From positions 2,054,992 to 2,118,991 of the forward strand of contig JAWPMS010000001.1 of the NCBI GenBank assembly GCA_033344795.1: a stretch of 64,000 nucleotides of DNA, read 5' to 3'. Shown here piece by piece: positions 37,478-46,299 of this stretch. Within the stretch, counting starts at the first letter, position 1. Every line of letters begins with the position of its first letter. The notes under the pieces were generated by a model that did not search any database, had not been told where the DNA came from, and saw nothing but the letters and a program-made list of their open reading frames with translations. Both the position numbers and the translations under genes were made by a program. The stretch is from Acidimicrobiia bacterium (GTDB lineage Bacteria > Actinomycetota > Acidimicrobiia > Acidimicrobiales > SHLQ01).

Positions 37478-37549
37478 TTCACATCTGTGAATAGGGCGTG
37501 AATGACGTAAGGACTGTGAACGAAAAGAGAACGCTGTAAGGACTCTGAA
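37478..37549. promoter_or_regulatory. motif cluster in a divergent promoter region: palindrome TTCACA-TC-TGTGAA plus two copies of GTAAGGACT(G/C)TGAA 29 bp apart
   Basis: Read directly: the palindrome is at 37478-37491 and the direct repeats are at 37507-37520 and 37536-37549 (13/14 identical). The region is AT-richer than its surroundings. Confidence 0.45.
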
Positions 37550-37650
37550 GCTCTCCTGAACAACGACCTCTCCGTGCAATAGAAGTCGCACCGGCGAGAT
37601 TTCGTTGTGGATGCCTCGGCAACCCGTCGAGGCGGAAACGGGAGACAATC

Positions 37651-38961
37651 ATGAAGAGAGCAACGCTGGTGATCATCGCCATGCTGGCGGCGATTCTGCC
37701 GATAGCGGCATCTGGAACAGCAGGTGCACAATCGACGACAACGACGACTGAAGCCACGTACACGGTCGAGTTCCGCAACATCACGACCGGTCAATACCTC
37801 ACACCTCCGAACTTCGCGGCACACACTCGTCAGGTCGATGTGTTTCAGCGGGCCCGCCCGGCCTCCCCAGGGGTTCAGGCCGTGGCGGAAAACGGAGGCG
37901 TCTCCGTTTTGGCAGCCGAGCTCACCGCAGCTGTCGACGATGCTGGTCTTGGAGTGTCGGGCGTTGGCGCTGATGATGTGCTGGCTCCAGGAGAATCGAC
38001 CTCGTGGGAGTTCACGACTTCAGCCGATCGTCTCAGCGTCGTCTCGATGCTGATCTGCACCAACGACGGTTTCGCCGGACTCGATTCGCTTCGACTGCCG
38101 CGGTATGACGAAGGCACCACCGTCAGGCGTCTGCGGGCATACGACGCAGGAACCGAGATCAACACCGAGAATCGTGCCGACGTTCCTCCTGCGCCGTTCT
38201 GTGGCGACGGTGATGGCTCTGGGGAATCGAACCCTGAGCTCGCCGAAGACGGCGTCATTCGCCGTCATCGCACCATCCGTGGCGTCGGGGACCTTCCGTC
38301 GACATTCGATTGGCAGGGCCGGGTGGCAGAGATCGTCATCACCCGAAACGATCCGACACCCACGTACACCGTGACCTTCGAGAACATCACCGATGGTCAG
38401 TACTTCACGCCTCCGAACTTCGCCGGACATGATCGAGACGTTCGGGTCTTCAAGGTGGGACAACCAGCGAGTGCCGGCGTGCAGTCGGTCGCCGAAAACG
38501 GTGGTGTGCCCGACCTGGCTGCTGAATTGAGCGCCGCGGTGGATGATGCGGGCTTCGGCGTGAGTGGCGTCGCGCCTGCTGACGGACCGATTGGCCCCGG
38601 TGAGTCGGTCACGTTCAGCTTCCAAACCGAGGAGAGCAGACTCTCTCTTGTCGCGATGTTGATCTGCACCAACGACGGCTTCGGTGGGCTCGACAGCATC
38701 AAGCTGCCGGGTCGAGCTGGCCGTACACAAACCAGACACGTTCGTGCGTTCGATGCCGGTACCGAGATCAACACCGAGAACCGGGCTGACGTTCCGCCTG
38801 CACCATTCTGTGGTGAAGGTGATGGATCGACGATGTCCAACCCCGAGCTCGCCGAAGACTTCGTGGTCGTGCCTCACCGCACGCTGCGCCAGGTCGGTGA
38901 CCTCGGTGAACAGTTCGACTGGGTGGGTGCAGTCGCCACCGTGACGATCACTCGCAGCTAG
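37651..38961 (+). CDS. secreted protein with two tandem spondin-N (Spond_N)-like domains
   Basis: A signal peptide is followed by two ~195-aa repeats at 37756-38346 and 38362-38958. Each carries TYTV.F.NIT.GQY.TPPNFA.H, ICTNDGF.GLDS, AYDAGTEINTENRADVPPAPFCG.GDGS and NPELAED. Confidence 0.75.
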   Translation: MKRATLVIIAMLAAILPIAASGTAGAQSTTTTTEATYTVEFRNITTGQYLTPPNFAAHTRQVDVFQRARPASPGVQAVAENGGVSVLAAELTAAVDDAGLGVSGVGADDVLAPGESTSWEFTTSADRLSVVSMLICTNDGFAGLDSLRLPRYDEGTTVRRLRAYDAGTEINTENRADVPPAPFCGDGDGSGESNPELAEDGVIRRHRTIRGVGDLPSTFDWQGRVAEIVITRNDPTPTYTVTFENITDGQYFTPPNFAGHDRDVRVFKVGQPASAGVQSVAENGGVPDLAAELSAAVDDAGFGVSGVAPADGPIGPGESVTFSFQTEESRLSLVAMLICTNDGFGGLDSIKLPGRAGRTQTRHVRAFDAGTEINTENRADVPPAPFCGEGDGSTMSNPELAEDFVVVPHRTLRQVGDLGEQFDWVGAVATVTITRS

Positions 38962-39867
38962 CTAGAACCGCAACTTCGTAGGTTGCGAAACAAGTCGAGC
39001 GGCCCTGGTCTCGCTGCGGAAGGCGTACAGCCCCGCAGCGATGATCAGGGCCGTTCCCGCGAACGTCAACGCGTCTGGCACGTCGTTGAAGACGACGATC
39101 TGTAGCGCTATCGCAAACACCATGATGGTGTAACGAAACGGAGCGCTGAAGCTGAGATCGCCCACTCGAACCGTGACCACGCTGGCCAAGTATCCGATGG
39201 CGATGAAACAGGCTGCCGCACTGAGCCTGATCGCGTTTGTGCCCGAGACGGTGCTCCAGCCTTCGGCCAGAGAACCAATGCCGCCGACCGCGGTAATTGA
39301 GGCAGCTGCAGCAAGCGAGACGATCACCGACGGAGTGTCGACGGGGATGCGAGTGGTTGCCAGCTCACGGATGATGATCCCCACAACCACCACCAGCCCG
39401 ACGAGCAACCACGGATTGAAGTCGCTCGAGCCTGGCCTGATGATGATCAGCACGCCGACGAAACCGACGACCACGCTCGCCACCCGGTGCAGGCTCACGC
39501 TCTCGCGAAGGAGCCGGGCTGCAATGAACGTCATTGCGACCGGCACGATCTGCAGGACAGCGGTGAGACCCGCCAATGGAGCGTGCGTCAGAGCATTGAG
39601 AAACAGCACGGTGCCAACGGTCTCCATACTGACGCGAAGCGCAAGCGGGCGACCGAAGTGGCTTCTGAGATCGCGGATCAGTCGCATTCTCGCGGCAGCC
39701 ACCATGAAGATCGCAACGACGACGAGGCCGCGAAGAAAGATTGCCTGGAAGACGGGGATCGTCTCTGTCGTCAGCTTGATCAGTGCGTCATTGACGACGT
39801 ACCCGGCCATGCTGAGCGTCATCCAACCGGCGCCACGCAGGTTTTCCGATCGGGTGGGACTTGGCAC
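38962..39867 (-). CDS. DMT superfamily (EamA-like) transporter
   Basis: 301 aa with 10 predicted helices in two EamA-like halves and a GTG start. Its stop abuts the spondin-like stop (TAGCTA). Confidence 0.75.
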   Translation of the reverse strand: MPSPTRSENLRGAGWMTLSMAGYVVNDALIKLTTETIPVFQAIFLRGLVVVAIFMVAAARMRLIRDLRSHFGRPLALRVSMETVGTVLFLNALTHAPLAGLTAVLQIVPVAMTFIAARLLRESVSLHRVASVVVGFVGVLIIIRPGSSDFNPWLLVGLVVVVGIIIRELATTRIPVDTPSVIVSLAAAASITAVGGIGSLAEGWSTVSGTNAIRLSAAACFIAIGYLASVVTVRVGDLSFSAPFRYTIMVFAIALQIVVFNDVPDALTFAGTALIIAAGLYAFRSETRAARLVSQPTKLRF

Positions 39868-39923
39868 CTTGGGACGTTACCGACCGAGAGGTGGCAGAGT
39901 GCATCCATGAATCTGAGGTCACG

Positions 39924-41249
39924 GTGAGCACAGAACGGATCGTCCGCACCTACATGACGCTGATCGGTACGTACACGCTCGCCGCATCACTGATCTGGAG
40001 CGTGAACACCCTGTTTCTCCTCGATGCCGGTCTGAGTATCGCCGAGGTGTTCGTGGCAAACGCCGCGTTTTCGGTCGGCATGGTCCTGTTCGAGATACCC
40101 ACGGGTGTCGTCGCGGACACGCTTGGTCGCCGCACTTCTTACCTGATCAGCGTGGTCATCCTTGGCGTCACGACCATCCTGTATCTGATCGCTGCCGAGC
40201 TCAACGCAAGCATCACGACCTTCGTCGGGGTCTCGGTGTTGATGGGTCTCGGGTTCACGTTCTACTCGGGGGCCCTTGAAGCTTGGCTGGTCGATGCATT
40301 ACAGAGCGTCGATTCGGATCGTCCGCTCGACGGCGTCTTCGCTCGGGGACAGCAGGTCAGCGGGGTCGCGATGTTCACGGGCACCATCGCCGGTGGATTC
40401 CTCGGCCAGCTCGATCTCGCAGTCCCGTTCGCTGCACGAGCGATCCTTCTGGTGATCGTGTTCGGGATTGCCTCGAGGCTGATGCATGACATGGGGTTTT
40501 CGCGATCTCGGCTCGAGCTCCGGACGATCGGAACCCAGATGCGGCGTCAGGCATCCGTCGGTGTGTCTCATGGCTGGAATGAGCGAAGCCTCCGGCTGCT
40601 GATGATCTCGGGCGGCGTCCGGGGAGTCTTCTTCGGGTGGGCCTTCTACGCCGCGCAGCCCTACTTCCTTGAACTTCTCGACCGCGATGCAGTCTGGATC
40701 GTCGGCCTCATCACCGCGGGTGTGTCGCTCGCGACGATTGCGGGCAACCAGCTCGTCGGGATCTTCAGCAAGCGATGCGCCAAGCGGACGACCATGCTGC
40801 TCTGGGGTGCATCCGCCGGCACGCTCGCTGCGATCACCATCGGGTTCACGTCTTCGTTCGCCGTGGCGCTGGTGGCTTTGTTCACCGTCGCAGCCTCGAT
40901 GGGCGTGATGAGTCCTGTCCGACAGGCGTTCTTGCACGAGCTCGTCGATAGCGACAGTCGGGCAACCGTGCTTTCGTTCGATGCGATGGTCACCGCTATG
41001 GGCGGCGCGGGCGGGCAGCTGGGTCTCGGACGCGTTGCTGATGCAAGCTCGCTGAGCACCGGCTACATCGTCGGGGGCGCCACGACCGGGTTGGCCTTGC
41101 CGGTTCTGTGGTTGCTGAGGGGCCGCAGCTCCTCGGCGGACGACATCGAAAAGGCCGATCGCGACGCTGGTGTGGATTCCAGCTGCCCGGCAGGGTTGCC
41201 GTCGATCGCGGGCGTTCACCCCGTAGCGGTGGATGCGGCGACGTCGTAG
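39924..41249 (+). CDS. MFS transporter
   Basis: Polytopic, with the MFS loop motif GVVADTLGRR after TM2. The start is set at GTG 39924, which has GAGG 5 nt upstream; alternatives are 39891 and 39954. Confidence 0.75.
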   Translation: MSTERIVRTYMTLIGTYTLAASLIWSVNTLFLLDAGLSIAEVFVANAAFSVGMVLFEIPTGVVADTLGRRTSYLISVVILGVTTILYLIAAELNASITTFVGVSVLMGLGFTFYSGALEAWLVDALQSVDSDRPLDGVFARGQQVSGVAMFTGTIAGGFLGQLDLAVPFAARAILLVIVFGIASRLMHDMGFSRSRLELRTIGTQMRRQASVGVSHGWNERSLRLLMISGGVRGVFFGWAFYAAQPYFLELLDRDAVWIVGLITAGVSLATIAGNQLVGIFSKRCAKRTTMLLWGASAGTLAAITIGFTSSFAVALVALFTVAASMGVMSPVRQAFLHELVDSDSRATVLSFDAMVTAMGGAGGQLGLGRVADASSLSTGYIVGGATTGLALPVLWLLRGRSSSADDIEKADRDAGVDSSCPAGLPSIAGVHPVAVDAATS

Positions 41250-41262
41250 TTCGTCGACTGCT

Positions 41263-41886
41263 TCAGTCGGGAACGTTCCCGCGACCGTTCCTCAGCTTGC
41301 CGCGAACGTCGTCGATAGCCGGCGTGTCGCCGTCCACAAAGAGCTCGTGTGCGGCGACTGCCATCGCCGCGAGCTGCGTTGCTTCTGGCGGATCGTCCCC
41401 GAAGAGTTCGATCTGTCGCTCACGTAGGTACGCCCCGGCTTTCCTGGTCGCCGACGAGGCTCGCATCCCGCTGTCGTCAAACTCGAATCGCCATGATCGC
41501 GCTCGGTTGGTGATCTCGACCTTTGTCCCCTGTTCAGGCCAGATCCCCGCTGCAGGGAAGACCCGACAGTCGTAGGTGCGACAGGTCCGGGGTCGATATT
41601 CGTAGATCGAGCAGCGTTCGTCGACCAGCATCGGACAATGCCCGTGCTCGTCGTAACCCATCACATCGAATCCGGCTGGTAGTCCGGTTGCTGCGGCAAG
41701 AAGGCCTCGGTCGATGTGACTCCGTGCAGGCTCGCCGGGCTCGATCAAGATGAACTGACTCGAGCGACAGCACGCGGTGCAGGAGCCGCAGGGAACGTCC
41801 GCATCAGCTCGCCCGGCGAGCGAAGTGAGTGTCTCGGAGGTCCACGTCATGTAGTCGCCGGCGTGGGTGGGCGTCTGGTCGGTCAT
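41263..41886 (-). CDS. YkgJ-family cysteine-cluster (UPF0153) protein
   Basis: CGSCTACCRS...CPML...RCSIY..RP..CR.YDC is the CxxCxxCC zinc/iron-chelating pattern. Confidence 0.75.
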   Translation of the reverse strand: MTDQTPTHAGDYMTWTSETLTSLAGRADADVPCGSCTACCRSSQFILIEPGEPARSHIDRGLLAAATGLPAGFDVMGYDEHGHCPMLVDERCSIYEYRPRTCRTYDCRVFPAAGIWPEQGTKVEITNRARSWRFEFDDSGMRASSATRKAGAYLRERQIELFGDDPPEATQLAAMAVAAHELFVDGDTPAIDDVRGKLRNGRGNVPD

Positions 41887-41965
41887 CGCCCGAACGAGGC
41901 TAGCGACACGACGGGAGTCCCTTCATCCCTTTTCGATCAGGGTTCCGGCGGTGGTACCGTCGGGC

Positions 41966-43531
41966 ATGAAGCAGCTGTCTGCGCTCGACGCCACCTTCCT
42001 CTACATGGAAACGCCGTACTCGTACGGTCACGTCGCGAGTGCGTCGATCTACGAGCGGCCGTATCCGGGCTACGACGCCTACCAGACACTTCGTTCGACA
42101 GTTGAGGCGAGGCTGGGAGTTCTCGAGCCGCTCCGGCGCCGACTGGTCAAGGATCCGCTGGACCTCGACCTTCCGCATTGGGTGATCGACCCCGACTTCG
42201 ACCTCGACTTTCACATCCGACACATCGGTCTGCCGCCACCCGGAGACATGACCCAGCTGCAAGCTCAGGTCGCGCGTCTGGCCGGACGTCCGCTGGATCA
42301 GAGCCGGCCGCTATGGGAGGCATATGTCATCGATGGCTTGCCAGACGATCGGTTTGCCTTGTTCATGAAGATGCACCATGCAACCGTTGATGGAGCGGCG
42401 GGCGCCGAATTGTTGGGGATGATCACCGATACCGAGCCGGGCGCAGACCGTCCCGAGCTGAACGTTCCTCTGACGCCCGCCGGTCGTTTACCGACAACGG
42501 GAGACCTGCTTCGCACCGGGCTATTCGGTCTGGCGACACAACCGCTCAAACTCGTGAGGTTTCAGGCCAAACTCATCAAGGAGTTGGCGGACTCGAGTCG
42601 GAACAACGGGCTCAAACCGCTTGCCGATGTGCTCGGCAAGATGATTCCCGGCCAAGCTGGCAGCGTCGTACGCAACTGGGCCCACGACGAAGACGGCGTT
42701 GATGCGCCCGTGACCGCAGCGCCGAGCACGTTCTTCAACGCAAGCATCGGGCCCCATCGCCGATTCGAAGCTCGATCGGTCGAACTCGCGCGGGTCAAGG
42801 CGTTGAAGACCGCTACAGGCGCGACGGTGAATGACGTGGTGATGGCGATCTGTGCTGGCGCAATGCGGACCTGGCTCGAGGGGAGAGGCGAGCTCCCAGA
42901 AGTCCCGCTCGTGTCAATGATTCCCGTATCGATTCGAACAGGAGAAGAAACCGATCGGTGGACCAACCGAGTCTCTGCGATCTTCGCCGACATCCCCACC
43001 GATGAGGCTGACCCACTTGTTCGGTTGGCCAAGGTCAACCAGGCGATGGTCACGGGTAAGGAACAATTCGAGATGTTGCCCGCCGACATTCTGGTGGAGC
43101 TGAGCCAGGCAGCTCCGCATGCGCTGTCGATCAGGGCTTCGCGCGTCGCCAGTCGGATGCGCCTCGGCAACCGGGTGTCGTTGCCGTTCAACCTTGTGAT
43201 CTCAAATGTGCCGGGTCCGCGTGAGCCGTTGTACCTCGGCGAGGCAAAGCTCAACCACTACTACCCCGTATCAACGGTGGTCGAAGGTCAAGGCCTCAAC
43301 ATCACGGTGCAGAGCTATCTGAACACACTCGACTTCGGCCTGGTCAGTTGCAGTGACCTCGTGCCAGATCTCGACCGACTGGCAGATCTCATCGTCAGCG
43401 AGGTCCAGGTGCTCGAGGCCGCGGTGGCAAAGGCTGCTGCCTCCAAGAAGAAAGCGCCAGCCAAGAAGAAAGCGCCAGCCAAGAAGAAAGCGCCAGCCAA
43501 GAAGAAAGCGCCAGCCAAGAAGAAAGCGTGA
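41966..43531 (+). CDS. wax ester synthase/diacylglycerol acyltransferase (WS/DGAT) with C-terminal (KKKAPA)n tail
   Basis: MKQLSALDATFLYMET is followed by the catalytic HHATVDGAAG (HHxxxDG) and NVPGP near the C-terminus. The start was moved to ATG 41966. Confidence 0.88.
   Translation: MKQLSALDATFLYMETPYSYGHVASASIYERPYPGYDAYQTLRSTVEARLGVLEPLRRRLVKDPLDLDLPHWVIDPDFDLDFHIRHIGLPPPGDMTQLQAQVARLAGRPLDQSRPLWEAYVIDGLPDDRFALFMKMHHATVDGAAGAELLGMITDTEPGADRPELNVPLTPAGRLPTTGDLLRTGLFGLATQPLKLVRFQAKLIKELADSSRNNGLKPLADVLGKMIPGQAGSVVRNWAHDEDGVDAPVTAAPSTFFNASIGPHRRFEARSVELARVKALKTATGATVNDVVMAICAGAMRTWLEGRGELPEVPLVSMIPVSIRTGEETDRWTNRVSAIFADIPTDEADPLVRLAKVNQAMVTGKEQFEMLPADILVELSQAAPHALSIRASRVASRMRLGNRVSLPFNLVISNVPGPREPLYLGEAKLNHYYPVSTVVEGQGLNITVQSYLNTLDFGLVSCSDLVPDLDRLADLIVSEVQVLEAAVAKAAASKKKAPAKKKAPAKKKAPAKKKAPAKKKA
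43445..43528 (+). repeat. perfect 18-bp tandem repeat AAGAAGAAAGCGCCAGCC x4 plus a 12-nt partial unit, in frame, ending at the stop codon
   Basis: Read directly: units at 43445-43462, 43463-43480, 43481-43498 and 43499-43516, with the partial unit at 43517-43528 and TGA at 43529. All full units are identical at the nucleotide level. Confidence 0.95.
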
Positions 43532-43558
43532 CTGGCTACCGGCCGGTAACCTAGAGCC

Positions 43559-44434
43559 ATGTCTACCCAGTCCACCATCGATATCGGCGGTCCCGTCAAC
43601 GTGGTGGCCCACGGTGGGTCTGGCGCTCCAATCCTGTTGATCCATGGCCTTGGGGGCTCACACGTCAACTGGCACGCGGTCGCCGGGCCATTGACCGAAT
43701 ACGGCACGGTCACCGCGATTGACCTGATCGGATTTGGTCGCACGCCACCGGCCGGACGCCTTGCCACGGTCCAGTCTCAGCGAGACCTCGTGATCCAGTA
43801 TCTGGAGACCCACGCAGACGGGCCGGCGACCCTGATCGGAAATTCGATGGGCGGCCTGGTTTCCCTTCTCGTCGCGCGGAAGGCTCCCGAACTCGTGGAT
43901 TCACTCGTCCTTGTCGACGCTGCTCTCCCGGCGGCCCGACTTCGTATCGACCCCACCGTCATCAAGGGTTTGATTCGGCCATTGGTGCCCGTGCTTGGCG
44001 CACGCGCGTACGAAAAGGCCATGGAGGATCCAGAGGCGTACATGGACGAGATGGGCAAGATCTTGTTCGTCGATCCTTCCCGCATGCCAGCCGATGCAAG
44101 GCGCGTGAGCGTCGAGATGGCGACGGAGCGAGCCACGATGCCGTGGGTTTCACAAGCCTTCTCCGAGGCCGCGAAGTCATTGTTCGCCGTGCTCTTGAAG
44201 CGCAAGTCATTCGCCGCCGACGTTCGAGAGATCCAAGTTCCGGCGCTCATCGTCCAAGGCGCACAGGACCGACTCGTCGACGTGGAGTCAGCCCGTTGGC
44301 TCGCCGCAGAGCGACCCGACTGGAAACTCAAGGTATTCGACAACGTCGGGCACGTGCCAATGCTCGAAGTGCCTGAGCAGTTTCTCGATGTGGTTGGGTC
44401 CTGGCTGTCCGAACGCGCTGCGGTTCGTTCTTGA
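43559..44434 (+). CDS. alpha/beta hydrolase (esterase/lipase-like)
   Basis: 291 aa. The oxyanion region is HGLGGS, the nucleophile elbow is GNSMGG, and the C-terminus has D...GH. Confidence 0.8.
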   Translation: MSTQSTIDIGGPVNVVAHGGSGAPILLIHGLGGSHVNWHAVAGPLTEYGTVTAIDLIGFGRTPPAGRLATVQSQRDLVIQYLETHADGPATLIGNSMGGLVSLLVARKAPELVDSLVLVDAALPAARLRIDPTVIKGLIRPLVPVLGARAYEKAMEDPEAYMDEMGKILFVDPSRMPADARRVSVEMATERATMPWVSQAFSEAAKSLFAVLLKRKSFAADVREIQVPALIVQGAQDRLVDVESARWLAAERPDWKLKVFDNVGHVPMLEVPEQFLDVVGSWLSERAAVRS

Positions 44435-44459
44435 CGAACCGCGTCTGGTCGTGCGTGGG

Positions 44460-45521
44460 TCAGTCGATCCACCGATCGACCACACGTTGCACGTGCCCGT
44501 CGACTTGCAGGTCAGCGAGTGCGGCATTGATCGGTTCTCGCCAAGGGGAATCCTGCTGCAGGCCGAAGGTCTCGAATTCCTCGTACAACACGTCTCCGAC
44601 GCCAGCGATGCCGTACTGCTCGCCGAGCGCGTCGAGAGCGAACGGGTTCGTGACGACTACGTCGATGGTTCCCGAGTCCGCAGCCTCGAACATCTCGGTC
44701 TGTGAGTCGAAACCTCGGACCTCGACCGCTTGCGACATGAGGTAACTCTCGAAGGTCGACCCCGCCACGGTTCCCACGACTCGACCGTCGAGCTCTTCGA
44801 GCGATGTCACGCTCAGCTCCCGAGCTTTCGACAGGTCGGCGGTGACCTGTGAAACGAATGCGCCGACCAAGAACAAACTCGCGAGCATTGCAACCAAAGC
44901 CACGAACCGGCCTCGGAGAGACTTCGGAGACATGTCGCCGTATCCCACGGTTGTGACGGTGACGGCCGCCCACCAGATGCCGTCGATCACGCCACGAGGA
45001 TAGGAGTGATGAAAGTCGCTCATGTCCTCGTCGCGTCGTTCGACCAGCCAGATGAGGTGCCCGATGATCACCAGCCCGATGCCCGCATACAGGAGCACTC
45101 GAAGTGCGCCCGAGCCGAGCAACGTTCCGAGCAATGAGGCGTCCGACAACACCCGCTCATGAACGCCGAGTTGCGGGCCCGAACTGATGACGGCCGACGA
45201 GAAGTCGAGACGAGCCTCGCGCTCGGCCGTTGGCGCGAGCGGAGCGACCGCGACGTCTGCGTCGCCACGCTCCAACCGCTCGAGCATGTTCGTGAACGAA
45301 TCGGCCCAGACCACCTCGTAGTCGATGCCGATTTCTGTTGCGACGTCGTCCCAGATCTCCATGTAGAAACCATCGGGCCGATCGCCACTGCGCTCGACGA
45401 ACGGAGCGATCTCGGTGGTCACGACCGTCACACGTTCGGTCTGTGAGCCTGCGCTGCCCATGTTCGCGAGCGTGGCGAACCCGCACACCAGTACGACCAA
45501 CAACACCTTCACTCGAGTCAC
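44460..45521 (-). CDS. GluR0-type ligand-gated potassium channel (periplasmic binding-protein fold split by a 2-TM K+ pore)
   Basis: A signal peptide is followed by SBP lobe S1, then TM, the pore helix with TVTTVGYGD (filter 44934-44951), a second TM and SBP lobe S2. Confidence 0.8.
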   Translation of the reverse strand: MTRVKVLLVVLVCGFATLANMGSAGSQTERVTVVTTEIAPFVERSGDRPDGFYMEIWDDVATEIGIDYEVVWADSFTNMLERLERGDADVAVAPLAPTAEREARLDFSSAVISSGPQLGVHERVLSDASLLGTLLGSGALRVLLYAGIGLVIIGHLIWLVERRDEDMSDFHHSYPRGVIDGIWWAAVTVTTVGYGDMSPKSLRGRFVALVAMLASLFLVGAFVSQVTADLSKARELSVTSLEELDGRVVGTVAGSTFESYLMSQAVEVRGFDSQTEMFEAADSGTIDVVVTNPFALDALGEQYGIAGVGDVLYEEFETFGLQQDSPWREPINAALADLQVDGHVQRVVDRWID

Positions 45522-45543
45522 GCAGACAAGCTAGCTTCACAAC

Positions 45544-46278
45544 ATGATCGAACACTTCGTTGACATCGAGACTGCAGACGGCGCCATGAATTCGTTTGTG
45601 ATTCACCCCGACGAAGATGGGCCGCACCCAGTGATTCTGTTTCTCATGGATGCACCCGGAATGCGCGATGAGATTCGCGACATGTGCCGCCGGCTCGCCA
45701 GTGTTGGCTACTACGTGGTCGCCGGCAACCTCTACTACCGTCGCGTTCGAGAGTGGAATCGTTTTGAGCTCGGCGGCACGGTCGAAGAGCTGCAAGCACA
45801 CATGGCGAGCCTCACGAATGACATGGTCGTGTCCGATGCGGGTTCAATGATCGGCTACGCAGATGCGGATGAGGCAGCGGATGCATCTCGTGTGGGAACG
45901 CTCGGTTATTGCATGAGTGGACCGTTCTCCCTGATGACAGCCGCTCGATACAACGAGCGGGTCAAGGCCGCCGCGTCTATGCACGGAGTGAAGCTCGCGA
46001 CGGATGCTGACGACTCTCCGCATCGGCATCTCGACGAGATGAACGCCGAGGTGTACGTCGCAGCGGCCGAGCTCGACCAGCACATCACTCCCGAAGAGGT
46101 CGCAGCGTTTTCTGATGCGCTGGAGGCGTCCAGCACAACGGGTCGAGTGGAGTGGTACCCCGGAACCGACCATGGCTTCACTTTTGCGGGTCGAGGGCCG
46201 ATCTACGACAAGGCTGGCTCGGAGCGCCATTGGGAGCGTCTCCACAGTCTCTTTCATCGCAATCTTCGGATGAACTGA
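45544..46278 (+). CDS. dienelactone hydrolase family protein
   Basis: 244 aa. The nucleophile motif is GYCMSG, with N-terminal P.ILF..DA.G and a C-terminal HGF. Confidence 0.8.
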   Translation: MIEHFVDIETADGAMNSFVIHPDEDGPHPVILFLMDAPGMRDEIRDMCRRLASVGYYVVAGNLYYRRVREWNRFELGGTVEELQAHMASLTNDMVVSDAGSMIGYADADEAADASRVGTLGYCMSGPFSLMTAARYNERVKAAASMHGVKLATDADDSPHRHLDEMNAEVYVAAAELDQHITPEEVAAFSDALEASSTTGRVEWYPGTDHGFTFAGRGPIYDKAGSERHWERLHSLFHRNLRMN

Positions 46279-46299
46279 AGCGACGTCGGAAGCCGAGCT

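Noticed and set aside
37478-37491. A CRP/GlxR-type site, because of the TGTGA half-sites.
   Set aside because: The consensus is TGTGA-N6-TCACA. Here the halves are in the opposite order with a 2-nt spacer (TTCACA-TC-TGTGAA), so I do not call it a CRP site.
38955-38968. Abutting convergent stop codons forming AGCTAGCT between the spondin-like and DMT genes.
   Set aside because: This is a trivial consequence of two TAG stops placed back to back. No hairpin or repeat lies around it.
43445-43528. The 18-bp tandem repeat as a possible CRISPR or minisatellite locus.
   Set aside because: The units are contiguous with no spacers, are in frame within a CDS, and there are no cas genes. It is a coding tandem repeat, not CRISPR.
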